This document shows positions 1 to 13,100 of a stretch of 64,000 nucleotides of DNA, piece by piece; the stretch's first letter is position 1, and each line of letters starts with the position of its first letter. A program made the translations under genes and the position numbers. Under the pieces are notes generated by a model that was not told the DNA's origin, made no database searches, and worked only from the letters and a program-made list of their open reading frames with translations. Source of the stretch: Haliotis cracherodii (Eukaryota); assembly GCF_022045235.1 (NCBI RefSeq), contig NW_027266264.1, positions 23,374,001-23,438,000 on the forward strand, read 5' to 3'.

Positions 1-190
1 TGTTACTCTCGCCTAATTCACTGCTTGGAATATGAAAGATTTTCATTTGAGTGATTTTTTGTGATTCGTTTTAGTTCATCAAGTTAGGAAACGGTGCACA
101 TATTTGCCAATTGTGTACAGTTACCAATCCAACCATGATGTATTTTCTACAAACATATGACGAAGACCTAAGTAATAGTAAGCATCTTTT

Positions 191-438
191 GACCCTTGAA
201 GATCCGGGATGTAACAGGCCTTCAGCAACCGATGATGGCTATGCTTGTCGTAAGAGGCGACTAACGGGATCGGGTGGTCAGGCTCGCTGACTTGGTTGAT
301 GCATGTCATCGTATCCCAATTGCGTGGATCGATGCTCATGATGTCAATCACTGGATCGTCTAGTCCACATTTGATTATTTCCAGAACGCCGCCATACAGC
401 TGGAATATTGCTAAGTTAAACAAAAGCAAACAAACAAA
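191..438 (+). mobile_element. SINE-like short retroelement, family A (non-tRNA structured head, (CAAA)n tail)
   Basis: GACCCTTGAAGATCCGGG...CTTGTCGTAAGAGGCGACTAACGGGATCGGGTGGTCAGGCTCGCTGACTTGG...GCTGGAATATTGCT...(CAAA)n; at least 10 further copies in the window. Confidence 0.85.
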
Positions 439-467
439 TATATGCATCTCTTGAATTCGTCACAGTA

Positions 468-642
468 CAGTAAACTACGGTTATAACGAACTCAAAGGGA
501 CTACTAATTTTAGTTCGTTATAGCCGTAATTCGTTATAAGCATAAATACATCATAACTACAGCAAATAGTCGGGACTAAAAAGTTAGTTCGTTATATCCG
601 TCAGTTCGTTATAAGCGTGTTCGTTATAACCGTAGTTTACTG
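468..642. mobile_element. Tc1/mariner(pogo)-type MITE
   Basis: Perfect 24-bp TIR CAGTAAACTACGGTTATAACGAAC / GTTCGTTATAACCGTAGTTTACTG, TA target duplication at 466-467 and 643-644. Confidence 0.92.
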
Positions 643-1385
643 TATATACATTGTTGTAAAATACAACAAGTATGCACACTTTGTGGTCATAAATAGCATT
701 TTATGCTTCACGTTCGCGATATGAAATCAACACATGAACACCGTCTGCAAATGGAGATGCTCAGCTGAGATCTTCATGTTACTTGAGGGCGTATCACTGT
801 GTTGATATTTGGATAAGCCAAGGAAGTCTAGTTGTCGGCTCAGTAAGAGATAGTTTTGTTGACAAAAATGTGCACTGGTTAGGTTTACTCCACCCTTTAA
901 AAATGCAGACGTACCTCACTTGTGTGTAACTTCCGTGTTGCATTGTATTTATCCCTCTTTTTATGTTTTTACCTCTTCAGTATAGGGTCGCACAGTAAAC
1001 ATGAACTTCAATGGCGACTGCACTGAATTGCCTACTTCTCCTTTTCAGATGGTACGAAGAGGATAGAACTCCTTCCCATAGATCAAACAAACCGAATCAT
1101 TTTGATAGCACGGCCGGGATTCCGGCTAGCGTGATTTAATACTTGTATACATTTTTATAATGTAAATAAGAGCGAGAAACCTATTCCCTCTTCATGAGAT
1201 ATCTCCGCAACACGTAGAGTCCCTTGTACGATTCCGGCAATATCACCCGTCACAAACATGCAAAGGCAAGTAAACTGTTCATCCGGAAAGTGCTGAGGGG
1301 ATAATTAAACATAACTAAACAGTCTTTCTTTCCTGGTGCACAACCCCTATCCTATCCACCTCATTATTGTGTCATTACTATAGAA

Positions 1386-1606
1386 GGTTGGTTGATTTGT
1401 TGTTTAACGCCACACTCAGCAATAGTCCAGCTATATGACGGTGGTCTGTAAATATATCGACTATGGATCAAACAATCCTGTGATTGACATCATGAGCTTC
1501 GATCTATTCAATTTCGATTACATGGCATGCATCAACCACGTCAGCGAGTCTGACTATCCAATCCCGTTGATCGCCGTTTGTTGCTGAATACCAATTCTAA
1601 CCCGGG
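1386..1606 (-). mobile_element. SINE family A copy (diverged)
   Basis: Reverse complement of the family A body and tail. Confidence 0.8.
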
Positions 1607-1749
1607 TGACCAACATGGGAATATGCTAGTGTAGTGCAAGTGTAGAGAGAGGATGTAGGAACGAGATGCGACCATAGATGATGGCAAATAATCATTAGGA
1701 CAGGTGTGGTGCAGTCGTCCCAGGAATATACATGTGATTGAGAATATGA

Positions 1750-2762
1750 ATGAGTATATGAATGTGTCTATGAATGTGCCTATGGATGTCTCAATGGATG
1801 TGTCAGTAGATGTGTATGTGGTTGTGTCAATGGCTGTGTATATGGATGTGTCAATGGATGTCTCTATGGATGTGTATATGGATGTTCTATGAATGTGTCT
1901 ATGGATGTCTCTATGGATGTGTCAGTGGATGTGTATATGGATGTGTCAATGGGTGTGTATATGGATCTATCAATGGATGTGAATATGGATGCGTATATGG
2001 ATGCGTATATCGACGTGTCTATGGATCTGTCTATAGATGTGTCTATGGATGTGTCTATGGATGTGTATATGGATGTGTATATGGATGTGTATATGGATGT
2101 GTCTATGGATGTGTATATGGATGTGTCTATGGATGTGTATATGGATATGTCTATAGATGTGTATATGGATGTGTCTATGGATATGTATATGGATGTGTCT
2201 ATGGATGTGTATATGGATGTGTCTATGGATGTGTCTAAGGATGTCTCTATAGATGTGTATATGGATGTGTATATGGATGTGTATATGGTTGTGTCTAAGG
2301 ATGTCTCTATAGATGTGTATATGGATGTGTATATGGATGTGTCTATGGATGTGTTTATGGATGTGTATATGGATGTGAATATGGATGTGTATATAGGTGT
2401 GTATATGAATGTGTATATGGATGTGTATATGGATGTGTATATAGGTGTATATGGATGTGTATATGGATGTGTATATAGGTGTGTATATGAATGTGTATAT
2501 GAATGTGTATATGGATGTGTCAATGGGTGTGTATATGGATGTGTATTTAGGTGTGTATATGGATGTGTATATGGATGTGTCAATGGGTGTGTCAATGGAT
2601 GTGTATATGGATGAGTATATTATGTGTCAATGGATGTGTACATTGATGTGTCTATGGATGTGTCTATGGATGTGTATATGAATGTGTATATGGATGTGTC
2701 TATGGAGGTGTATATGGATGTGTCAATGGATGTGTCAATCGATGTGTCAATGGATGTGTATA
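1750..2762. repeat. 12-bp minisatellite (GGATGTGTATAT / GGATGTGTCTAT)n
   Basis: About 1 kb of degenerate 12-mers; explains the MDVY/MDVS, CVYG and TSIY pseudo-ORFs. Confidence 0.97.
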
Positions 2763-2784
2763 AGAATGTTTTTCTTAAATCAAG

Positions 2785-3122
2785 TCCGAATCCGAAGTGT
2801 AGTGGATAAAGCGTCTGCCTGTAGAGCAGAAGGTTGGTAGTTCTATTCCATGGTCGCGTCATACCAAAAAGACGTTAAAAGATTGTACTTGTTACCTTGC
2901 CCGTTGCTCGGCATTCAGGAGATAAAACATGGACTTGTCGGCTCGGACCAAGTTTATTTAACCATGTTTAACTGCGGCATGGTATATCAGTGGGCTGAAA
3001 CACTAAACCCGGCATTAGTCCGGACTAGTACAAACATCCACACACGCGCGCGCGCGCATGCACATCTCTACATAAGAAAAATATTCTTGAACGCCACGTT
3101 AAACACCGTGTCACCCCCACAT
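2785..3122 (+). mobile_element. tRNA-derived SINE family D (Meta/MESC-like central domain)
   Basis: Degenerate A/B boxes, then CGTCATACCAAAAGACGTTAAAAG...GCTCGGCATT...GTCGGCTCGGA; matches 47096-47458. Confidence 0.75.
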
Positions 3123-3620
3123 TACCTCCTAAAAACTAAAATGTGTCATGTGAATATATGTCCTGACATGTAACAATGTAAAAAGAACACTCATACAGAT
3201 AATCAACACTTACTTCCAAAACTCTATTAGTATTTGCTAGTCCAGTGAACACCGTTCAGTGTGTGATCCGTACTCACACACCCTTTCTACCTAACCCCTT
3301 TCTACACCACCCCTTTCTACCCTACCACCCTCTTCTCCACCCCTTTCTACCTACCCCTTTCTACCCCATCCCACCCAAACCTATCTACAGTGGACGCCGA
3401 ACTGTTTCGGGTGCATTCCTGCAGTGAATACATACATCGACGAAGGGACCCTTGAATGTGGAGGTACGGGGGTTCACTGCCCATACATACAACACAAACA
3501 GCAAATATATGTATGTCCGTTCCGAGGTGCAGAAACAGACGGAAAAGAGTGACCATTTTGTCCTGTGCTATGTTATGTGAATCGCCGCGGTTCTATATTT
3601 AACCGTCGCATATTGATGTC

Positions 3621-3723
3621 TATATAAGTCACACAGTGCACAGGGCGGGCCTGATCAAGTTGTGGAGCGACACACGGCAATCGGCTCCTGGTTACCTCGG
3701 AGTGAAGACGCGGCTACACTAAG
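3621..3723 (+). promoter_or_regulatory. Putative TATA box, initiator and non-coding first exon of the GAREM-like gene
   Basis: TATATAAG at 3621, Inr-like TCAAGTT ~34 bp downstream, strong donor AAG|GTAAGA at 3723/3724; the first coding exon has only 6 nt of UTR after an acceptor, so an upstream exon is required. Confidence 0.5.
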
Positions 3724-4897
3724 GTAAGATACATGTTTCCCGCTCATGTCCAGGTGATGTTAGGTAAAAGTCAATATAGTCGCAAGAGTCACTGACGATC
3801 CTCCCTACCAGGCTAACATGACGAATGGGTAGCACATTCAGTCTGGAGACAGTAATAATGGGTATATGGAACCAGTATGTCCTCTACATGCATCCATGTC
3901 ACCAATATATCTACGTTCAAGGCTCGTCTTATAACTTGTTTCTCAGTGAATCTAATAATACTTCCAATGCACTAGATAAATGCTCGTAATACGTAGGCTA
4001 CGGAGAACCCGGAAGTTATTCTCTCAATATGGAGAACGTGTTGGCTTTCATGTCATTGCCACTATGTTTTATTTATTCTGTGGCGTTGACGTGCTATCAT
4101 TATACGATAGATATGGATACAGGTAAAATGGTTTAGTATAGATTGACACCTTCCTCGTTCTGTATAACAGTTAAAACTGCCGGGTCATATTTCAGTCCTT
4201 GAATTCCTGTAGATATACACAAAACACTGTATTGTATATTGATAATCAAAGGTTAAGCATAGCCAATTTTGTACGTGCTAACTTCGGCAAAATACCATTT
4301 GGCAGCTCAACGGGCATACAATTCTGGGAACATATTGTGTGGAGATGATCATGTCATTTCTCTCGATCATTACCTGCACAACGCGGTTAGGAGCCTACCA
4401 AGGCATAATAGAGAGGCTTTGAATGCTAACGGGGACATATCATTCTCATTATTGACTATTCAAATTATGACTTTTAAAAAAAGGAAGAGGATAAAACGAT
4501 CCTTGCTGAGGAATAATGGACTACCCAGGTCGTAATTTGTACACAACCCATATATTTACACTGTGTAAATACACCGATATTACGCCTCGCCCAATATTTT
4601 TCTGCCAGCATAATATGACACCGTATACGGCAACTAAAGTAAAGACACCATTTTGCCGAAATGTTTACACTATCTGGTACCTTTATCGCATATGTCATGT
4701 CAACATGAAAACTTGACACTTACAAACGGTATAAATGACAGGACCAATACATTCCCCATACAACGCTTTAATGTAAACACAAACGTTAACAATGGAATAA
4801 ATAATGCACTAAATGTGGACGTTTTAACAAGTATTATAGCTAAAATGAATAGAATTATAAAACGAAATGCCCAAATGTTATCAGAAATCTTAATAGC

Positions 4898-4988
4898 AGT
4901 GTGAAGCCCATGTCTGGTGTTCCCCGCAGTGATATTACTGGAATATTGCTAAAAGCGGTGTAAAACAACACACACTCACTCACTCACT
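4898..4988 (+). mobile_element. SINE family B, 3' half
   Basis: GTGTGAAGCCCAT...GGAATATTGCTAAAAGCGGTGTAAAA + (ACTC)n. Confidence 0.8.
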
Positions 4989-6126
4989 TACTGCAAACGA
5001 TATGGAGCAAGACTACATAAGTATGGGTTAATTAAAAGTAAATATGATTAGAAATAAGCACACCGTGAAATTTAATATGGTTATCTAAATCATTACATGT
5101 AACATAGTAGGACATGGTTACATAAAAAAATGTCAAATGTATATCGAATATACGGAAACAAACGGAATTATGCATCGGAGCTTTATGATAAATACGTTGC
5201 ATTCAAAAGCAAACATACAGATAATGCGCAACCATGTGATGAATCTAAATGCAGTATAATTATAATGACGATCATTTCTCAATCACGTTATTTTATTATA
5301 TGTGTACATAACGAACTGAACATAATCTTACGTTAATAAATTGTAATCTTAGGAAATATCTACTTGGTTCCATTGCATTCAAACACGTGAGGATTCCAGG
5401 TTGGGATACAGGTTCCCAGCAAGCCATGCTTCTTGTAAGAGATGAACAAATGGATTGAATGGTTAGGCCCAGTGACTTGGTTAATGGTAAATTATCATAT
5501 CCCAACTGCGTGTATGTGAGCTCCTTATATCAATCACTGGACAGTCTGTCTGGACCGCCATCAATAATCTTGAATACTGCTGAGTGCGGCATTTTTAACA
5601 ACAAACAGACACAGCACAACTGCATTCTACACAGTACATATAGTAAAAAGGTGACTACAATCTAAGGGTAACACACTACCTTTTTACACTACACACTACA
5701 CACAACAGTATTTTACAGTGAAAACTTTAATGTTCGCATTATAGTTTGCAATATTAGTTTTGCAATAAATAAATAATTTAATTTTCTTTCATTGCAATGA
5801 GACTAGAAACCTAATTTAAAAAATCATTTACTGGTATGAAGAAAGAACTTCTAAGACCCTGTGTTTTATTTTGAAAATAAATATATAAACACTTGCCGCT
5901 TTAGATATTGAAATAGAAGCCAGGTATTATATCTGATAAAGAATTTTTTTCAACATAGAAAAATGTATATGTATACCTCAGATAGTGTTAAGATAAACGG
6001 AAAATGGTCACTTTTTAACTTAGATTAGATACTGCCATCATATCTCTTCCTCTGCACCCTTCTTCTTTCCTGGTGCACAACCCCTACCCTATCAACCTCA
6101 TTATTGTGTCATTTACACATTTAGAC

Positions 6127-6370
6127 GGTTGGTTGGTTTGTTGTTTAACGCCGCACTCAGCAATATTCAAGCTATGTGATGGCGGTCTGTAAATAAATCA
6201 GTCTGGACCAGACAATCCAGTGATCAATATCGTGTGCATCAATACATGCAATTGGGATCGATGACATGCATCAAATAAGTCAGAGAGCCTGACCTCGGAT
6301 CGCGTTAGTCGCCTCTTACGACAAGCATGGGTTGCTGAAGACCTATTCTACCCCGGATCTTCATTGGTCC
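6127..6370 (-). mobile_element. SINE family A, full length (single-hairpin form)
   Basis: Reverse complement reads GGACCAATGAAGATCCGGGGTAGAATAGGTCTTCAGCAACCCATGCTTGTCGTAAGAGGCGACTAAC...GGCGTTAAACAACAAACCAACC. Confidence 0.9.
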
Positions 6371-6623
6371 TATAGAAGGAAATTCTTACCATCTCAGTAA
6401 CCGTTAACCACATGGTTATGTAAGGGAATACTGTCAATAAAGGTGACAAAATGTTTCACTTTTCAATTAATGATATTCACTACACAAAGCAACACTTTAC
6501 GACTACATAACTATACAATATGTTGATAATATACACACTATAGGCTTTTTGTTTCCCTATATGATGCATATTTGTGAATATTATTCATACGTTGTGCTAT
6601 CTTTTTCACTCTAATAATGTTTG

Positions 6624-6730
6624 GGCCAGTAGGGTAGCCTAGTGGTTAAAGCTTTCGCTCGTCACGTCGAAGGCCCGGGTTCGTACCTAACATGGGTACA
6701 ATGTGTGAAGCCCTTTACTGGCGCACCCCC
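6624..6730 (+). mobile_element. SINE family B, 5' part (tRNA-derived head)
   Basis: GGGTAGCCTAGTGGTTAAAGC (A box)...GGGTTCG (B box)...ATGGGTACAATGTGTGAAGCCC. Confidence 0.8.
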
Positions 6731-7010
6731 TTTTTAATTATTCCTTATGGAATCTGCATAGCCATTTCATGAAATGTCTGGTAATATATTTCAGTCATTT
6801 AATGAAAGTACTACCCCACTAGTCATTTCGCGAAATCACAGAAAGTTTTAGTCATTTCTTGAAATGACTGATTCCACAGTCTATAGCTAACTGCAACACA
6901 TATACTAAAAATCATATCCTATTTCGTTCAAGACATAACAGCTGTCAAGGTTCAAAGTAATGCCTTTCAACGATTTTGGAGACACTTTTTGTCTTTTTGC
7001 ACAGGAAAAC

Positions 7011-7178
7011 ATGGCTTCGAAGAAATTCTTGTATAAGGTAGTACAGTTTGAAACATATGAAGAGGACTACTCCATGCCAGAGTTCTTTGACCGGTACTCG
7101 GAGAATATGCCGATATTCGCTATAGTGACACAAGGGTGCTATGGGTTCACCGATCTCGAGACCTTCTCCGCAGAACAG
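7011..7178 (+). CDS. GAREM-like coding exon 1 (MASKKFLY...ETFSAEQ)
   Basis: Acceptor TTTTTGCACAG| at 7004, ATG at 7011, donor CAG|GTAAGG. Confidence 0.88.
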
Positions 7179-10100
7179 GTAAGGCGTCTATTCATTCTCT
7201 GTTGAACATGTTAGACGTGTATACATTCTGTGTTGAACACGTTCGAAGCCTAACCATTCTGTGTTGAACAGGCAAGGCGTCTATACATTCCGTGTTGAAC
7301 ACGTTTGATGTCTGCACATTCTGTGGCGAACACGTTTGACGGGCATACATTCTGAAAAAATATGTTTGACGTCTGTACATTCTGTGGTGAACTCGTTTGA
7401 CGTCTATGCATTCTATGTGGCATAGATAAGGGGCGGACCATTTGATATTTATGGGGGTATGTGTTTGGGGTAGAGTCATGTTGGGTTTTTTATTAATTTT
7501 TAGGGGCTGAGATTGTTATTTTTCTGTAAAGAGAGCTGGAATTATTTTACAGGACATTTTAGATTCAACCTATGGAAAGAATGTTAAAAGTTTCTCACTG
7601 TTCACTAAAACATAATAACTGTACAGATGTAGGTGATTTTTAAACAGGGATTAAGGGTCCTGCCTGGAGGGGGCTTATGATTAGACACAATAGTTCTTAT
7701 CGGTTTGCCGTCGATTATAGACGCCTCAATGCAGTTACCAAACTTACATATTTTCCCCTCTGTCACCTATTGAAGATGTCGTTAATGCCATATATAGTTG
7801 ACAGCCATGGCAACATTTTTAGTGTCCTTGATTATTGTTGTGGCTTTTGGCAAATACCACTCAATCCAGATACAAAACACAAGTTGCCTTCATTACATGG
7901 TGTTTATGAATGGAATCGCCTCCCTTTCGTCCTCAAAAATGCTCCTATGGCATTTTAGCAAACCATTTCAGGCACTAGAAGAAATTAATTGGCCTTCATA
8001 TTAATACATGTAGATGACATCATAATATTTTCTGAAACGTTTTCAGAACATTTGAATCACCTCAAGGCAGTATTCTAAAAGATAAAAGAAGCAGGACTCG
8101 CTCTAACACCAAGCAAATGTAAGCGCCTCTCCTCCTGAAAAATGATGCATCATTCGATTGAGCCTCTTAGGTTTGGCCCGCGTATTACCGCAAATTTGTT
8201 TTTAAAAATTCTGGCATCGCCTCCCCTCTATAAAACCTTCTGAAATACAACCTTTCGAATGGTCCAACAATTGCCAACAGGCAATCGAAAAGCTAAAGCA
8301 AGCCCTTACAATAGTCCCCCATCCTTGCATACCTGACCAAAACAAACCCTTCATCCTCACAACTGAGGCATCTCAAACTGCAATAGGGTACATTTTAGGC
8401 CAACTTGATTCTCATGGCGTAACTTGTTAATTCATGTCTTTTGACCATACAAGTATCTTCCTGTTCTCTTTTTGAAACAAACAATAGTGACTGGTAACAT
8501 TGCTTTTGCTTGTCAGTTTAGGTTATTGCAGTAAACTATTTTTATTCATATATATGTTTATATTGCATTTTTTTCGAGTAAGGGTGTATGATGCTCAATG
8601 GTCATTTCCTATCACAGTCAACAACTGTTATGGACTTCTGAAAAGGAAGATTTGAAATGATTATTAATAAATAAGGATCACAGGCATACTGTCTCTCATG
8701 GTCATGTCTCTCTGTCAAAGATCAAGGCTTTGCTCACGAAATACTCACAATGGCCATATTGTGGTCGAGTAAATTGTGCACCCGAAAAAATCACAGAAAC
8801 ATATGGTACAAGTCTTAATAAGGAATTACAAAGGACGTCATTTTTGTGACTCATGCGTCAAATTTGGAAATGTCCTTCACATATATACCATAAAACGTTT
8901 GAAAGCTTTACTGAGTCCTTAAATGTTGTAGCCACGTCTTTACATTCTCTGTTTAACAGGCATGGCGTTTATACATTCTGTGGAACGGGTAAGACGTCTA
9001 TTAATTCCGTGTTGAACAGGTTATGCAGATAAATCCACAGATTGAAGCCTCAACTAAATAGTTGAAATCAGTTCTTAAAATGTTGTCAAGTAATATACAG
9101 ATGATCAGTGTTTATTACACAAAACAGGAAATATTGCACAGGTAGTTATACGTTTATTAGATGATTATAGATCTTGCTCATTGTTGACGCATCATCACAA
9201 AGTAGATTAGTGACAATCATTTTTGGACGACCTAACGAATATTCACGTAGTTTACACCAGTAAGCAACCACGTTCTATTTAACGATTTTGTTTTACATAT
9301 TCATGATGCAAGACTGTATGGCAAGATGGATGACTTCTACTTTCCAATTGTCAACTATCTCTTAATGTATGTTTATCCCGGAAGTGGAATCAAACCTCCT
9401 TCCTGAATTAACAGATTAGAGTTATTTCTCCAACTTTGACCATGTTATGGTTGATATATAATTTCTCTATAACTTTGCAATGTGACTTATATTCGCGTCA
9501 GTTTTACTTGTTTAAATTTTGTTCAGTGAATCCCTGGCCCAGCCGCATCAACAATAGCAGAATATCACCATAATGGTTAAGTCGTGCAATAGTCCAGCTG
9601 CTCCTGCCTTTGATATCTGCATTCCACAACTTGGCGGTACAACATAGCATGCTCTTTCTGCAAAGATTTTAAAGAGCTTCATACAATCCTTGCTCAATTG
9701 TTGTTTAATCACGCCATAGCATTCAAGGCCCTAATAATTTAAAAGCTTCAATGATGCATGAGTGATGCCCGAGACCTTATTTTGATTTGTGTCCTATTTT
9801 CCCGTGTCTTGCTTACAGATAGTTAGATCAGAGTCACAATATGCAAGGCCTCACCAAAGCTTTCAAAACGTTTAAGCTTATGTGAGGACATTTCCAAAGT
9901 TAACATATCAGGAACCATCAACTATCTCCGATGAAATTCCTTGGTTTGACTTGAATCATATGTTTGTTCAGGTCAATACTTGACTTGCCTCTACATGTGC
10001 TTGTGTCGGGTGCCACTGGTGGGTCTGGAAACGCTCGCGTGTTTGCGAACACCTAGTATCATCACTATCTGATATCGATTCATAAACACATGCTTATGTT

Positions 10101-13100
10101 TCCTATGAATATGGAAAATGTTTCAATTAAACATACTGGAATTAGAAGATCCAAGCGTTTTGTGCTAATTCATCCTTTAAAAGACACGATGTGATCAACC
10201 ATTTTCTGCCCTTCCTTCTGGAGATCTACAAAATAGGTTGTTAACAGAAGCACATGTCGCGTTTGTTAACATCTCACGGCACTCGAAGCCGCGTTATTGT
10301 GTTACATGCTTCTTTGTTCTGTGACAGCGAGACTATTGTTCATGTAAGTACGCTTATCTGTTCTTTCCCTCCCCAGGCTCTTTTCTGCCACGGCTACACC
10401 AAGCAGAGACGGGTGGTCGCTCGTGACTCAAGAGGCAGGACAATCAGCATACCCGAGGAGTACCCCATGAAGTTCAAGATTGTCATATCAAGACAAAAGA
10501 GTATGTAGTGGACGGTGGATGTATGGCAGGCAGTTTAATTAATTGACCACAGGTTTCACCAGGTGGGAATCTATTTAGGTGCGTAATGTCTATGAATAAT
10601 AGTCATGGTTTGAATAGCTCAGTGCACCGACTCGATAATTCAATGACCTGGATTTTTTGGATTCTGGTTTGGTTTGGTTTATTTGTTGTTTAACCCCGCA
10701 CTCAGCAATATTCCAGCTATATGGCGGCGGTCTGTAAATAATCGAGTCTGGAGCAAACAATCCAGTGATTGACATCATGAGCATCGATCCATGCAATTGG
10801 GATCGATGACATGCATCAACCAAATCAGCGAGCCTGACCACCCACACTTACAAGAATCTAGGTCTTCTCCGGGTATACAAGGCTTCTATGTAAAAATCAA
10901 TATAAATATCTCATAATCATAATGATATTGAGTGAGGAGTGATCTGGGTTTAATGCCGCTTTGAACAGAGTTCCAGTTATATCAAAGCGTGTCAGCTCAA
11001 TGTGGGAGGAACGTATTAATAGTTTTTCACATGAGCCTTTAGCCTTGTAGCTGTAACATCCACAACATACCATCCACATTCCCCACATCCATATCCATAC
11101 CAATCGCACCACAGCCATGTCACCACCACAAGTTCCTAACAACCCGAACCCGCACACTGCACACACATAAACACCTACTTCCTCACAAATGCGCACACAC
11201 ACCACACCACACCACGCCACACCACACCACACCACACCACACCACACCACACCACACCACACCACATATAATCATACACATATAATCACACTCACTCGAT
11301 TATTTGCATACTGCTGCAATATTGCTGAGTGCGGCGTGTCTTAAAGCTTTTATTATCGATCTTTTTAGGAGTGGCTCATAAGTGGTTCAGGTATATGTAT
11401 ATGAGGTGGGACTGGAATATATTGTCTGTCTGTCTGTCCCGCGACTACATCCCTATGCCCACGGTCTAGCCCTAACCCAAGCCCACGCCCTAACCTTTAC
11501 CCTTACCCTACGTCCACGTCCACGTCCACGTCTATCACACAGACACCCTTCAAATTAAATGTGGAAGTATACATGCATCACAAAGTTCTGTCAAATGATT
11601 TATCAATCAAAACAATGGTTGTTTCAGTGGGACCAGAACAGACAATGAAACAGATCCTACTTGAGAACAAACTGCCAGTGCAGGTCAGGTTTTCCGCCCC
11701 CGCAAACGTTGCCTTTTATATGGGATCTGATCGACAGAAGGCCAAGGACCTCAGTAATCTCGCTCTGTCACATATCTACGAGGAGACCTTCATCCTAGCT
11801 AATGGAGTATATGGGCGTAAGTCTTCATGCTATGTTAAGAAATAAGGGATCGCTTAAATTTACTTAAGTCAATAAACAGATAAAGAATAGACACTTGTGT
11901 CCCCAGCAGATCCTGGCCGGCAAATCCTGGCCGGCAACATCGTGGTACTCTCTGGATGAGGGCCATGATATTAGCCTTGGGACCCCGAGCCAATGATTCA
12001 AAGTTATGATCAAGCCTACCAGCAAAGCACACCACGCCTGGCCTCGTAACATCATCGAGATAACAAACCAATAACTTTTGTTTTGAGAACAATATTAGCA
12101 TGAATAGAGAGGACCCTCCCAGCCAAAGGAGATAATATCAGGATTACCCTGCCACTTAAGAGTATCCTGAATGTTCACATCGAGCTTCAGTGTACTGTGT
12201 CACACCATCAGCAAATGAATATGTCCTTTTGAAATCATTCCCCAGGGTCGCTCGACATGAGCCCGATGGTGGTTCCACTGTACATTGATGACTTGCACGT
12301 GTCCACGGTGAAGGGCGTCGTTGGTATGGAGGAGGAGGAGTGGAAGACTCTGTATGCTAAACTGAAGGAGTCTTTGAAAGACGTAAAGGTCCCTCCCAAC
12401 ATGGGGAATAAAGGTAAGACCCTATGTCATTAACTCAACGTGTCGCCGATAGAAGCCAAACTCCAAATTAACATGTGCAAGACACGCAATTCAGTACAAC
12501 AAAAGTAGTTGAACACCACATTTGATCAATTAATGGAAACAAGAATAATCCGTTTGAAGACATTATGATGATAATGTTATAGAGTCTTTGTGGGTGTTTA
12601 GAAGTCAAGACAACTTCTGTTGGTTCACAGTAGTTCACTTCGACTGATTTTCAGTGATCCATTCATGTAATTTACACGGCTATTTTGCCCTTTACGCCAA
12701 ATGGGATAGACTGGTTATTCTCTTGCATTGAAATTTATATATACCTAGATATCATGTATTAAATAATGTGTGTAGTAATATGTCGAGATACGATATTGAG
12801 GTTTTATGTACATTTCAGAGATAGCGGTGTTTTCGGACAGCTCTGTGGTAGATAAAGAGGATCACATCTATTCCTACATAGAGCCTTCTGAATACATTAC
12901 CTTTGCACTGCTGTCTCAGGACAACGTCACTGATGATGAAAAGTATGCCACTCCGTATTTCCACAAGAGACGTCCACCTAAAGGAGCCTTGGTGAACGAG
13001 TTACAGGAAAAACTAAAGATCACTGGCACCGAAGACAAACCACAGAAAACGAGTGTAACAAAACTCACAAAGATTGTCAGTACAACCAGTCAGGATACCA

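Noticed and set aside
1704-2862. Long ORFs on both strands (MDVY/MDVS, CVYG, TSIY repeats)
   Set aside because: By-products of a stop-poor 12-bp minisatellite
11466-11532. Telomere-like CCCTAA repeats
   Set aside because: Only a few degenerate hexamers grading into (CGTCCA)n; ordinary low complexity
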